From a virus (lineage: Duplodnaviria; Caudoviricetes): 64,000 nucleotides of DNA. The stretch spans positions 32,001 to 96,000 of the IMG/VR virus record IMGVR_UViG_3300002307_000018; one strand, 5' to 3'. The notes under the pieces were generated by a model. The model ran no database searches and had not been told where the DNA came from. It worked only from the letters and a program-made list of their open reading frames with translations. Numbering within the stretch: the first letter of the stretch is position 1; each line of letters begins with the position of its first letter. Positions 1-10,068 of this stretch are shown here, piece after piece. A program made the translations under genes and the position numbers.

Positions 1-1
1 A

Positions 2-3000
2 AAAGACTGGTTCAACAACACTGATGGTCTTGTTGTGACATATGTTCCCTACAGTCAAGCAACCTCATGGTGGGTTGACAAAGCTCCATTGCCAATGGTA
101 TCAGTCAACAACTTGAACAACATTTCAATTTACGACACCATCAACAATACTACGCTTGCGTATCTTGATTACATTGATCCAGTGCAGGGCAAATTGCTGG
201 GTGCAGTCACTACAAACTTAGACTACATTTCAGCCACTGACCCAGCAGTATACAACAGCGGTGTTGTATGGACAGCAGATCATGTGGGTCAAACATGGCT
301 TGACACAACCAACTTGCGTATGCTGAACTACAATCAGCCTGACTTGGTATACAACGCATCAAATTGGGGCAAAGCATTCCCGGGTTCATTGGCAGACATT
401 TACACGTGGGTCGAAAGCCCGCTACAACCAGTTGAATATCAGGGCAACGGTATCATTGTTGACTTCAACAAGTATACTATCACTCGCAGCTATGATCGTT
501 CAACCAATGCAATGGTCACCAACTATTACTTCTGGGTCAAGACTCTGAACACAATACCGCCTGGCAAAACACTATCTCCACAAGCATTGAGTCAGTACAT
601 TCTAAACCCAATCAACAGCGGCATACCATTCTTGGCAGCACTGACTACCAATGCTATTGCGTTGATGAACAACAACACATCAATTCAGAACAACAGTTCT
701 GCGCTGCATCTTGGATACGCACTTGGTGTATCTACCGATCAAAAGCACACATCATGGACATTGATTGAAGACAACAACAAGAATGAATTCTTGCCTGGAT
801 TGCCATCAGCAACAAATCAACAGCCTACTGACTTGTATGCCAAGTTCTTGGACTCATTTGCAGGACAAACACGTCAAGGGTTAACATTGCCAAATCAACG
901 TTTGCCCGTTCTAAATCGCTATGGTACCGATCAGTATCAAACAATGTTCGTCAATCGAGCTGTTGCATTGCAAAACTATATTGAGTACGCAAACAATATC
1001 TTGATCAAGTTCCCAATAGCAGAGTCACGCTCACTATACTTCTTGAACAAAAGCGGTCCGGGTTGGGACACAGCCAACTTCTACACGTTGGTTGACTGGT
1101 ATGCTCCTGAATACAGCTCAAAGAACAAAGTATTGTTTGAAGTGCAGTACTACAATGATTTGAAAAAAATACAACCAAACGAAATCATTCCAAACACAGA
1201 GTCATTACACATTGGTCTGCAAGAGGGCATGATTGCTCGTGTGACAGGTAATGCCAACGGACTATGGGAAGATTATGTATACTCTTCAGCACTGGGTTGG
1301 ACTCGCATTGCATTGCAAAACGGTACCGTTCAACTACTGTCTACCATTTATACTGAACTTACTGGTTGGGACGAGCAAAACTGGGACATCTTGGACTGGG
1401 ATCAATCTCTTGCAGAAGAAACATACTGGATCATTCGTTGGTTGAATGAAGAATGCTATATCAATGATCTGCAAATTGAGCGCAACAACTCACTAATCTT
1501 GATGTTTGACTATATTGCAAGCGAAGCACTACAGCAACAAAACTACTTGCCATGGCTCAACAAGACATCATTGATCAACGTCACACACAAGGTTCGTGAT
1601 CTGTTACCATACAAGAAATTCCAACAAGACAATCAAGAATTCTTGTCAGGATACTTGAACGAGATCAAGCCATTCCACGTCAAGATCAACGACTTCTTGT
1701 TCACATACAGTGCGTTCGACGAGTATCTTGCTGACCCAACTGACTTTGATGTGCCAGCAACATACAACACAGCTACCTCTCAGTTTGAGTCTCCTCAACT
1801 TGTGTACAACCCGCTGTATGTCAATCCCAACGAGTACTTGCCTACTGCTTCAATTTGGAAACAACCTGAGTATACTGAGTGGTTCAATCACTACGGTTTG
1901 TCAATCATTGATGATTTAGATGCCAACATACCAGCGGTAACAGTGATAGACGGTGCTCGTGGATACTTGACGGCTCCGATAGTCACAATATCGATTGACA
2001 CATCAGTTTTCCCTGCTCCACGAGTGGCGGCAGTACTGAACTCAGTATTGCTGGGCGATGCACTCAGTTCAATCACAGTTGCAAATCCCGGAAATGGATA
2101 CGCAACAGAACCAACAATGACAATTCAACCGTCATCAATCGTTGGACAGTTTGCCGCTGAAGATGTCAATACTGTATTCAACACAATTACAATCACTGCT
2201 CATCCATTTGAGACTGGTGATCCAGTAGTGTACTCAAGCGGCGGAATTACGCAACCTCCAAAAGGGTTGACACAAGCAACTTACTACTATGTTCGCTCAA
2301 TCGATGTCAACACAATTGCGCTGTATGATTCAAAAGCATCGGCGTTCAATTCTAACAAGTCAGAGTTCTTGGACTTAAATCGTATTGTCTTGGTAGATCA
2401 AGGATTTGGTGTCAACAACTTCTTGAGCGTTACCGCTGTGGCAACGTTTGCAACAACAAGCAAGCCTGTACGTGAGATCACAACTACAATCAAGTTTGAT
2501 CGTATATCTTATGGCAGCAAGATCACTGAGTGGTCACCAGCAGGATTCTATGCTGGACTATTGGTTGATATTGGCACAGAATCATCATCAACCTTGCTGG
2601 TTGACTCAACCTTACCGTGGGATTACTTGGCATGGGACGCAACTCCATACTCACCAGTAATGTTGGCAAGCGCACAGGGCGCACGATTCCCAATCACGTC
2701 AATCGACAACTATCAAACAGGTACTGGTGTCGTGACAATGAATATCAATTATGGAGAAACTGTTGTTTGTCCGGGACAATTGAATGGACAAAAAGTTGAA
2801 GTGTGGGCAAATGACTTTACATACGCATCATACGGTAGACCACGTTGGTCAACTAATCGCTGGTCACAAAAAGATCGTGGTCTGCTAGGTTGGAAAGACA
2901 TGAGAGAGTTTTACGTTCAGGTCAGAAGTTCAACTGAAATTGCGCTGTATTATGACGCAAACTTTAATCACCCTGTGCAACTGGCAGACTTTCCGTATGG

Positions 3001-4195
3001 CTCAGGCGACACAGTATTCTTGCCAGAACCGTTTACATTCCAACGCAGCATGGTCACCTATGCTGGCAAACTATGGAAGTGTGTAGTCAGCAATCGCAAT
3101 CCACAAAACACATTCAACTATGACGATTGGGAACAAATTTTCTCTGATGATCGTTCATTGACCGCGGCAGATCGTATTGCAGCGTTTTATGCACCAACAG
3201 TGAACATGACTGGTCGTGATCTACGTCAATTGATGAGTGGAATTGAGTATCCCGATGCAACATTCTTGGGCACACCGTTCTCGTACAGCAATCAGAATTA
3301 CGACATGACTCCATACGATAACAACTTGTATGATCAAGATGTTGTTTTTGATATTGATACCAACTTGACCAGCCCAGCATTCAATGCTGATCTGTTGACC
3401 AACCCAACCGTGTATGATGTACAGGGTGGAGTATTTCAACAGGGTTACGGCCCAGAAGAAATGGTGCCTGGACTTGTCACAGACACGCTTGAGTTCACTG
3501 TCATTACTGATCCTGCAACATTACCTGCTGGACAATACATTGATTTCCGTATTCAAGTTGATAAATTTGGAGCAGGCGCAATATACAACGTTAATCCGTT
3601 TACTCAAACTGTACTTGCACAAGACTTTGTATCAACGGGAACAATCAGTGATGTAATTTACGTAGACGACGTTACAAAATTAGTGTCAATTAACACACAA
3701 AATGTAACTACAAATAGTTCTGGTGTTGTGGTCATTACAGGCGTACTCAAATCAATGACAGTACCGATCACGCTTGATATTCCAAATGCATTTTCTGCTA
3801 CTCAAATATCAGATGCATTGATTGAACTTATTATTCAGGGCATTTCTTCACCTACGTTAGTAGCGGTGACTACTACTGAGGGTAGCGAATTGCTGATCAA
3901 CAGTGAGTTTATCAAGTTTACTGCGTTCGATCTTGCACTGAACTGCGTGACTGGACTATTGCGCGGGCGTAAGGGTACAATCACCAATACGTTTGTAGAA
4001 AGTGGAACTGTTGTACAAAGCGTGTTGCAACGTGACAGATTGCCACAACAATTCTACAATCAATGGTGGTACAATCTGGCAGGATGGTCTTTCTATCCAT
4101 GGGATTCGTATGGCTATGACAATGGATTCCAATATCAGACGCTTGAACAAAGCACCACCGATGCGGCGATATTCCTCAAACGCACTGCACCGTAA
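2..4195 (+). CDS. Large virion structural protein, baseplate wedge-like (5'-truncated by the window edge)
   Basis: The frame is open from base 2 (KDWFNNTDGLVVTYVP...), over 1390 aa. It has beta-rich modules (GNGYATEPTMTI; HPFETGDPVVY...YYVRSIDVNTIALYD) and aromatic-acidic WD/YD motifs, and lies upstream of structural genes. Confidence 0.7.
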   Translation, partial: KDWFNNTDGLVVTYVPYSQATSWWVDKAPLPMVSVNNLNNISIYDTINNTTLAYLDYIDPVQGKLLGAVTTNLDYISATDPAVYNSGVVWTADHVGQTWLDTTNLRMLNYNQPDLVYNASNWGKAFPGSLADIYTWVESPLQPVEYQGNGIIVDFNKYTITRSYDRSTNAMVTNYYFWVKTLNTIPPGKTLSPQALSQYILNPINSGIPFLAALTTNAIALMNNNTSIQNNSSALHLGYALGVSTDQKHTSWTLIEDNNKNEFLPGLPSATNQQPTDLYAKFLDSFAGQTRQGLTLPNQRLPVLNRYGTDQYQTMFVNRAVALQNYIEYANNILIKFPIAESRSLYFLNKSGPGWDTANFYTLVDWYAPEYSSKNKVLFEVQYYNDLKKIQPNEIIPNTESLHIGLQEGMIARVTGNANGLWEDYVYSSALGWTRIALQNGTVQLLSTIYTELTGWDEQNWDILDWDQSLAEETYWIIRWLNEECYINDLQIERNNSLILMFDYIASEALQQQNYLPWLNKTSLINVTHKVRDLLPYKKFQQDNQEFLSGYLNEIKPFHVKINDFLFTYSAFDEYLADPTDFDVPATYNTATSQFESPQLVYNPLYVNPNEYLPTASIWKQPEYTEWFNHYGLSIIDDLDANIPAVTVIDGARGYLTAPIVTISIDTSVFPAPRVAAVLNSVLLGDALSSITVANPGNGYATEPTMTIQPSSIVGQFAAEDVNTVFNTITITAHPFETGDPVVYSSGGITQPPKGLTQATYYYVRSIDVNTIALYDSKASAFNSNKSEFLDLNRIVLVDQGFGVNNFLSVTAVATFATTSKPVREITTTIKFDRISYGSKITEWSPAGFYAGLLVDIGTESSSTLLVDSTLPWDYLAWDATPYSPVMLASAQGARFPITSIDNYQTGTGVVTMNINYGETVVCPGQLNGQKVEVWANDFTYASYGRPRWSTNRWSQKDRGLLGWKDMREFYVQVRSSTEIALYYDANFNHPVQLADFPYGSGDTVFLPEPFTFQRSMVTYAGKLWKCVVSNRNPQNTFNYDDWEQIFSDDRSLTAADRIAAFYAPTVNMTGRDLRQLMSGIEYPDATFLGTPFSYSNQNYDMTPYDNNLYDQDVVFDIDTNLTSPAFNADLLTNPTVYDVQGGVFQQGYGPEEMVPGLVTDTLEFTVITDPATLPAGQYIDFRIQVDKFGAGAIYNVNPFTQTVLAQDFVSTGTISDVIYVDDVTKLVSINTQNVTTNSSGVVVITGVLKSMTVPITLDIPNAFSATQISDALIELIIQGISSPTLVAVTTTEGSELLINSEFIKFTAFDLALNCVTGLLRGRKGTITNTFVESGTVVQSVLQRDRLPQQFYNQWWYNLAGWSFYPWDSYGYDNGFQYQTLEQSTTDAAIFLKRTAP

Positions 4196-4199
4196 AGAC

Positions 4200-4205
4200 T
4201 AAATA
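4200..4205 (+). promoter_or_regulatory. T4-like late promoter core (TAAATA)
   Basis: actaaatag lies just after the stop of the large gene, 7 nt before the ATG at 4213; the motif recurs before most structural genes. Confidence 0.55.
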
Positions 4206-4212
4206 GTATATT

Positions 4213-4365
4213 ATGAATCAGAATTTGCCTAAACCCAGTCAACCCCCTGTGCAATCACAGGGTACAAAAAAGCCAAACGAACGAGTGGGCTTTAGTTTTA
4301 GTAGCGGTGTGACTATTAAAGATCCAGATAGCGGCAAAATTCTTGTTCAGTTGAGATGCAGTTAA
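4213..4365 (+). CDS. Small 50-aa protein (not in ORF track)
   Basis: Hand translation MNQNLPKPSQPPVQSQGTKKPNERVGFSFSSGVTIKDPDSGKILVQLRCS fills the gap. Its IKDPDSGKI resembles KIYDPDSGEV in the next gene. Confidence 0.65.
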   Translation: MNQNLPKPSQPPVQSQGTKKPNERVGFSFSSGVTIKDPDSGKILVQLRCS

Positions 4366-4377
4366 CGGATAACCATT

Positions 4378-4995
4378 ATGAAAACAACTATTACTCTAGA
4401 TGTGCGAGGCTTTCTCAAGATATATGATCCTGATTCAGGAGAAGTGTTTGTTGACAAGAACAACGCAATCAACTATGAGAACATGAGCGAGTCAATGGCA
4501 CTGACATTGGCAGACAAAGGATACGGATACATCTACCAAATGGCATTTGGTAACGGTGCTGCAAGTATTGATGCTACTGGATTGATCACATATTTGCCAC
4601 CTAATACTACAGGTCAAAACGCCACACTATACAATCAAACCTACGCTAAAATCGTTGATGATACCTTAATTTCAAACAACGATCCACTGCGTAACAACAT
4701 GACAGTCAATCACGTGGTTGGTAACTTATACACTGACATCTTGGTTCAGTGTTTGCTGGGATACGGTGAGCCACAGGGTCAAATGGCATTTGATAACGGT
4801 ACAAATTTTGACAGTACATATACGTTTGACGAACTAGGATTACTTGCAAACTATGGCTTAGACGGAGAGGGCAATATTCAAACACGATTACTTACTCATG
4901 TTGTTTTTGCTCCAGTTCAAAAAGCACTTAACAGACAAATTCAAATTGATTACACTGTTAGAATTCAAGCTCTCACGAACTTGGTTACAATTTAA
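4378..4995 (+). CDS. Virion structural protein (baseplate/tail-collar-like), 205 aa
   Basis: ORF track; MAFGNG...FDELGL...LLTHVVFAPVQKALNR pattern; structural context. Confidence 0.6.
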   Translation: MKTTITLDVRGFLKIYDPDSGEVFVDKNNAINYENMSESMALTLADKGYGYIYQMAFGNGAASIDATGLITYLPPNTTGQNATLYNQTYAKIVDDTLISNNDPLRNNMTVNHVVGNLYTDILVQCLLGYGEPQGQMAFDNGTNFDSTYTFDELGLLANYGLDGEGNIQTRLLTHVVFAPVQKALNRQIQIDYTVRIQALTNLVTI

Positions 4996-5007
4996 GATAA
5001 ATAAATA
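4996..5007 (+). promoter_or_regulatory. Tandem late promoter motifs gATAAATA/aATAAATA
   Basis: gataaataaata is followed by a GGAG Shine-Dalgarno and the ATG at 5031. Confidence 0.6.
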
Positions 5008-5030
5008 CATAACGGAGATTATTCCAAATC

Positions 5031-5948
5031 ATGGCCTATACACTACAATACTCGCTTGGTACTATTACAGTAGTAGATACCACACTTAACAATCAAACAA
5101 GTCTAAACTTACCAGGAAGAAACTATGCTGGCTACGGTTCGCCTGTTGATCAAAATCAACTGTCGATCTTAGAAAACTTTGCTAGTTTCCCAACAGTTGG
5201 CCCATCAAATCCAATTCCTGGACAAACATGGTTTGATACTGGTACTAAACACTTTAATGTTAATATCAGCAACACATCAACCGCAAACTGGGCAACGCTA
5301 ATTACTAACGGTTCAATTGACGATATTACGCTTGCAAACGTATTCATCACGGGAAATCTCAAGACCAACAACATTACCACTGGCGGACCAACAATTCCTG
5401 GATCAATGACAGGTGCATGGGCACTGACAGCGGGTAGTTCATTCAACACATCAAACGGTTCGTTGATCACTAACTTTATCACAACAGGCGGTCCAACGAT
5501 CCCGGGTGAAATGGTAGGTGCATGGACTCTGGGTGCAGGTTCAACATTCAATGCTACATACGCTGACTTGGCCGAGCGTTTTGAAGCAGACATGGAATAT
5601 GATCAGGGTACAGTCGTAGAACTGGGTGGAGACAAAGAAATCACGGCCGTTCGTGAAGATATGTCTGAAGTAGTTTTCGGTGTGGTCTCTAAGACAGCCG
5701 GCTACACAATGAACGCAGCCGCAGGAACAGATGAAACTCATCCAAAGATCGCAATGGCAGGCCGTGTACCAGTCAAAGTACGTGGAGTTGTCAAGAAGGG
5801 TGATCGTTTAGTATCAGCAGGTCAGGGCTATGCTCGTGCTGCTGCAAAAGGCGAAGCAACATCATTCAACACTGTGGGTCGCAGTCTAGAAGACAAACTA
5901 ACCGATGGCGAAGGCAAAGTATTGGCAGCAGTCAGCGCAAAACTATAA
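5031..5948 (+). CDS. Short tail fibre/baseplate protein with C-terminal intramolecular chaperone (peptidase G2/IMC-like) domain
   Basis: ATYADLAERFEAD...GTVVELGG...GVVS...GRVPVKVRG.VKKGDRLVS...GRSLE; N- and C-termini are paralogous to 29021..30739. Confidence 0.75.
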   Translation: MAYTLQYSLGTITVVDTTLNNQTSLNLPGRNYAGYGSPVDQNQLSILENFASFPTVGPSNPIPGQTWFDTGTKHFNVNISNTSTANWATLITNGSIDDITLANVFITGNLKTNNITTGGPTIPGSMTGAWALTAGSSFNTSNGSLITNFITTGGPTIPGEMVGAWTLGAGSTFNATYADLAERFEADMEYDQGTVVELGGDKEITAVREDMSEVVFGVVSKTAGYTMNAAAGTDETHPKIAMAGRVPVKVRGVVKKGDRLVSAGQGYARAAAKGEATSFNTVGRSLEDKLTDGEGKVLAAVSAKL

Positions 5949-5969
5949 TAATCAACCTGGAGCAATAAT

Positions 5970-6908
5970 ATGACATACGCACAAGGTGGATTGATAGAAG
6001 CATCAGACTATAACAGGTTCGCAACTACAGGTTCGCCGAACTTGAATCAGTTCTGGTCCACTGGTAGCGGCTCAAGCGGTTATGGACAACCAACATTACC
6101 AACGGTAGTTGCGGGCGCCTCGGCGTTTATTACCGCCGCACAATGGGATCAATTGATGGGCGGGATCAATAATTCTGCGCTGCATCAGGGTACTTCCATA
6201 ACGCCATTACCACTGCCATCAGTAGATGGTCTTATCACATACGTAAGCACGTTACAATCAGCATTAGCTGCAACATACGCAGGAAGATTAAATTGCTCAG
6301 CAGTTGGTACAGACATCACTGCTACTGGTACAAGAACTGCAGACTGGGGAGCACAATTATCAATCCCTATAATTACTTCAGTTATTACAGTTGATTTTGC
6401 CAGTGCTAATCAAGCACGTTATTTTTTTAATGCAGGCGGCACAATATTACTGACTTGCTCACGCACGGGCGGTGCAGGAACAGGAAGTGATCTTCAATGG
6501 TCAATATTATGTGCAGACGTAGGAACTCTTGGATTACCTGCGGTTAGCACTGAACAAAATATTGCTGGGGCAGCTTATCAAGGGCTAACTCAGTTTGGCG
6601 GCGGCGGAACTAATACAGTATACAACAGACTAGGTTATTACGATCTAACTTCGACACCTCAAGTATTGTTCAGACAATTCTTAGGATCACCCTATTCATA
6701 TGCGTATTATGCAGATCACATTGCTATGAGATACGCTATTAGTGGTTCTACAGTAACGATTGAAGTTACTTTTAATGACAATACTCACTCTTATCCAGTT
6801 CCTATTACGGGTTCATTGTCAGTTACTGGTATTGTAAGACCGCCTGAGTCAACACACATAACAAATACATGGGGTACGCCAACTATTTCAGTAACGGCGC
6901 CAGCATAA
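5970..6908 (+). CDS. Virion structural protein, paralog of 6932..7855
   Basis: MTYAQGGLIEASDYN...ARYFFNAGG...NTWGTPTISVTAPA; GGAG SD; collinear with the next gene. Confidence 0.7.
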   Translation: MTYAQGGLIEASDYNRFATTGSPNLNQFWSTGSGSSGYGQPTLPTVVAGASAFITAAQWDQLMGGINNSALHQGTSITPLPLPSVDGLITYVSTLQSALAATYAGRLNCSAVGTDITATGTRTADWGAQLSIPIITSVITVDFASANQARYFFNAGGTILLTCSRTGGAGTGSDLQWSILCADVGTLGLPAVSTEQNIAGAAYQGLTQFGGGGTNTVYNRLGYYDLTSTPQVLFRQFLGSPYSYAYYADHIAMRYAISGSTVTIEVTFNDNTHSYPVPITGSLSVTGIVRPPESTHITNTWGTPTISVTAPA

Positions 6909-6931
6909 TAAATAGATATTCGGAGATATAG

Positions 6932-7855
6932 ATGACATACAGTGCAGGTGGTTTAATACAAGCGGCAGACTTTAATGCCATTCTGAACAGCAATTCGCCA
7001 AACTTTAACAGCATTTGGTCTACTGGTGCAGGATCAAGTGGCTACGGTCAAACTGCTATTGGAACAGTATCCGCCGCTGCTCCAGTCGCTGCATCAGCTT
7101 GGAATTCTCTTATCACCAACATGGCAAAATCTGCCACTCATCAAGGTTCAACGATCACAGCACTTACGCCTCCTGTAGCAGGCAATAATATTGCTTATTT
7201 GGCAGCAATTGCTACCAACATGACTACACTGAATACAAACAGACTAAATTGTGCATCAGTTGGCACTGATATCACTAACAGCGCAACTCGTGTTGCTCCA
7301 TGGGGTAGCGGTCAAAGTATTCCTACAGTTACTTCAACAATTACTGTTGTATTTTCTAGCGATGCAACCGCTAGATATTTCTTTAACGCAGGCGGATCTA
7401 TTTTAGTAAGTGCTTCTAATAGTGGTGGCACTGGTGGAGAAGATATTGCTTGGAACAATCTATGTACAGATATTGGTACAATAGGACTCCCAGCTGTCAA
7501 CACTGCTCAAACTCTAGCCGCTGCATCTTATCAAGGTCTGACAAAATTTGGTGGTGGCGGTACTGCTCCTATTACATACACACGTAGTGGTTTCTACAAC
7601 TTAGGCGCATCAACTACATTGTTTCGTCAGTACTCAAACTACTCAGTATACACAAACGATTACATCAATATTGCTTACGCATATAATGGAACAGGAACAG
7701 TAACTATCACAATGCAGTTTGTCGATACTAGCACATTCTTTGCTAACACAGTAAACGGCAATTTGCAAGTAACTGCTGTAGCACGTCAGCCAGAATCAAC
7801 CAATATTTCAAACAGTTGGGGCACTCCTTCTGTAAACGTAACAGCTCCAGCATAA
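6932..7855 (+). CDS. Virion structural protein, paralog of 5970..6908
   Basis: MTYSAGGLIQAADFN...ARYFFNAGG...NSWGTPSVNVTAPA; aataaata at 6907-6914 and GGAG SD. Confidence 0.7.
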   Translation: MTYSAGGLIQAADFNAILNSNSPNFNSIWSTGAGSSGYGQTAIGTVSAAAPVAASAWNSLITNMAKSATHQGSTITALTPPVAGNNIAYLAAIATNMTTLNTNRLNCASVGTDITNSATRVAPWGSGQSIPTVTSTITVVFSSDATARYFFNAGGSILVSASNSGGTGGEDIAWNNLCTDIGTIGLPAVNTAQTLAAASYQGLTKFGGGGTAPITYTRSGFYNLGASTTLFRQYSNYSVYTNDYINIAYAYNGTGTVTITMQFVDTSTFFANTVNGNLQVTAVARQPESTNISNSWGTPSVNVTAPA

Positions 7856-7868
7856 AATTCTTTGCACT

Positions 7869-7895
7869 CATACTGATACGCTAAGTATCAGTATG
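7869..7895 (+). promoter_or_regulatory. 11-bp perfect hairpin containing a TAAGTA late-type motif and the start codon
   Basis: catactgatac-gctaa-gtatcagtATG; taagta at 7882-7887 is 5 nt before the ATG at 7893. Confidence 0.6.
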
Positions 7896-8201
7896 AATAT
7901 CGATACCATCAAGAAGACCAGCAGAGCAAAATATCTACACTCTTTGGCCAAACTCTCAGCAAAAGAAAATCATGAGGCTCAGTTATTACTGACTCAATAC
8001 GGTGGCACATTCAAGGTCACTCCAGAACTGATTTCATTTCTTGCAGTCGAACATCTAGGCGTTAAGACAATAATCTTAGATATCTTTGATAATCCCATTC
8101 AAGTTGATCGTGTTTGTATGCTGCATATGTGTATCGATCTGTACAATCTGGTCATGCAGTCATGGCTTGATGCAACTAACGAGATCAACAGTAAACGATG
8201 A
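7893..8201 (+). CDS. Hypothetical protein, 102 aa, first gene of the enzyme cluster
   Basis: ORF track; ATGA-coupled to the next gene. Confidence 0.7.
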   Translation: MNIDTIKKTSRAKYLHSLAKLSAKENHEAQLLLTQYGGTFKVTPELISFLAVEHLGVKTIILDIFDNPIQVDRVCMLHMCIDLYNLVMQSWLDATNEINSKR

Positions 8202-9013
8202 GTAAAGGCGTACTACTATTCGCACGAGATACCGAAACACGCTCGTACACCAATATGGCTGCTTACTGTGCTAAGCGAGTCAACCAATATCTTAAACTTC
8301 CAGTAGCATTGGTAACTGACATTGATGCCGTAGTTGACGAAGCAATTTACGATCATGTTATACGAGTATCATCAGAAACACAGTCACAAAATCGCAAGAT
8401 GTCTGAACTCACGCAAGTCGAACGTTGGCGCAACTTCAATCGCTATCAAGCATACAACTTATCTCCATATACTGAAACAATCTTAATGGATACCGACTAT
8501 ATAGTCAACTCAACAAGACTGTTACATTTGTTTGATATGAATCAACCGTTCATGTGTCACAAACGCAGAATATATTTGGGCAAAGAGAAATTTTCTGAGA
8601 TTGAATCATTTGGGCGTGACAATGATATGTATTGGGCAACTGTAGTATATTTCAAACGATCATCTGAGGCTGAATCTATATTCAATATGATGCAGATGAT
8701 TCAAGAGAACTATGATCATTATTCAAAAATATACAGATTCAGTACCAGTACATTCAGAAATGACTTTGCAATTTCAATTGCCATCAATGCGGTATATGGA
8801 CATATCATGACGCCTGAGGTTGAGATACCATGGCCACTTATGAACGTAGAGTTTACCACTGATGTCAAGAAACTAAATCAAGACTCATATGAATTAAACT
8901 TTGAGCGTGTGATTGATCAAGACAAGAAGAAATTTAAGATCACAACTTACAGACAAGACTTACACATCTTGAACAAAGACGCATTATTCACCATCATTGA
9001 GAACGATACATGA
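8198..9013 (+). CDS. Glycosyltransferase-like protein (GT-A, DxD)
   Basis: AYNLSPYTETILMDTDY, WATVVYF, FRNDFAISIA; GT8/mannosyltransferase-like pattern. Confidence 0.65.
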   Translation: MSKGVLLFARDTETRSYTNMAAYCAKRVNQYLKLPVALVTDIDAVVDEAIYDHVIRVSSETQSQNRKMSELTQVERWRNFNRYQAYNLSPYTETILMDTDYIVNSTRLLHLFDMNQPFMCHKRRIYLGKEKFSEIESFGRDNDMYWATVVYFKRSSEAESIFNMMQMIQENYDHYSKIYRFSTSTFRNDFAISIAINAVYGHIMTPEVEIPWPLMNVEFTTDVKKLNQDSYELNFERVIDQDKKKFKITTYRQDLHILNKDALFTIIENDT

Positions 9014-9783
9014 CCGAAGGATATGTCATTTATGCACTCAACACAGCAGACGTAGACTATGAATGCTGCGCCAGTGTATTGGCCAAATCTCTCAAAGCAG
9101 TAGGCGATACTAGACCCGTTACGATTCTTACTCGCAAAACACTGCTGTGGGATTCAGTCAGCAATCTGACACACGGACCCTATGCCGATGATTGGCAAGT
9201 ATTCTATCGTTCACCCTATGATAGAACGTTCAAGCTTGAAGCTGATATGATTGTCACACGACCTCTAGACAGTTGGTGGACCCTGCTTAAACATCGTGAA
9301 CTACATATCGCACAAGGTTGCAGAGACTATAAGCAGCGTATGGCCACGTCTAGACACTATCGCTATAACAATGATCAGAACAACTTGCCTGATCTGTACA
9401 ACGGTATCACATACTTTACAAAGTCACTGAATGCAGAAACATTCTTTCACACAGTACGAAAGATATTCAAACATTGGACAAAGATCAATGCAAGCTTAGC
9501 ACATCCATCAATGCAACCATACGGAGACACTGATACCGTGTATGCAATTGCCGCTCAAGCACGTGGAATCGAACATTGTACAATGCCTAATGATATGATT
9601 CAGTTTGTACACATGAAGCAAAAGATAAATGGTACATTAGCAGAAGACTGGACTCGTGAATTGGTATATGAATTGGTTGATACTGACTTTAGAATCAATA
9701 CCATTTCGCAATTGTATCCAGTACACTATCATATCAAATCATTGGCAAAAGAACTAGAAGCGTATTATGATAAGCAAGTATAG
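9010..9783 (+). CDS. Glycosyltransferase-like protein (GT-A), related to the previous gene
   Basis: SPYDRTFKLEADM, LYNGITYF, DTDTVYAIAA, FVHMK. Confidence 0.6.
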   Translation: MTEGYVIYALNTADVDYECCASVLAKSLKAVGDTRPVTILTRKTLLWDSVSNLTHGPYADDWQVFYRSPYDRTFKLEADMIVTRPLDSWWTLLKHRELHIAQGCRDYKQRMATSRHYRYNNDQNNLPDLYNGITYFTKSLNAETFFHTVRKIFKHWTKINASLAHPSMQPYGDTDTVYAIAAQARGIEHCTMPNDMIQFVHMKQKINGTLAEDWTRELVYELVDTDFRINTISQLYPVHYHIKSLAKELEAYYDKQV

Positions 9784-10060
9784 ACTGTATTATAACTCAG
9801 ATGGAACGCCCAAGTACTATAGCATGGAAGAGCTAGAGGGTACATTCATATACGTAGATCAGCAAACATTCCAAAACTGCCGTTATGATATTACAGTAAT
9901 CAAGGGTGTGATAAAATCATTGAGCGAGGGCATGATATCACGATATCATAGAACTGATCAAGAAACCTCAACCACAATACGAACCGATCCTACCGATATC
10001 TTACTTGTAGTTGGCCAAACAGATAGCTATATTTTATGGGACTACACAGCTAGCATATAA
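9767..10060 (+). CDS. Hypothetical protein, 97 aa
   Basis: ORF track; overlaps its neighbours in operon fashion. Confidence 0.6.
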   Translation: MISKYRLYYNSDGTPKYYSMEELEGTFIYVDQQTFQNCRYDITVIKGVIKSLSEGMISRYHRTDQETSTTIRTDPTDILLVVGQTDSYILWDYTASI

Positions 10061-10063
10061 ATA
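10056..10063 (+). promoter_or_regulatory. T4-type late promoter TATAAATA
   Basis: Exact consensus, 5 nt before the ATG at 10069; no SD. Confidence 0.7.
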
Positions 10064-10068
10064 TTCAC

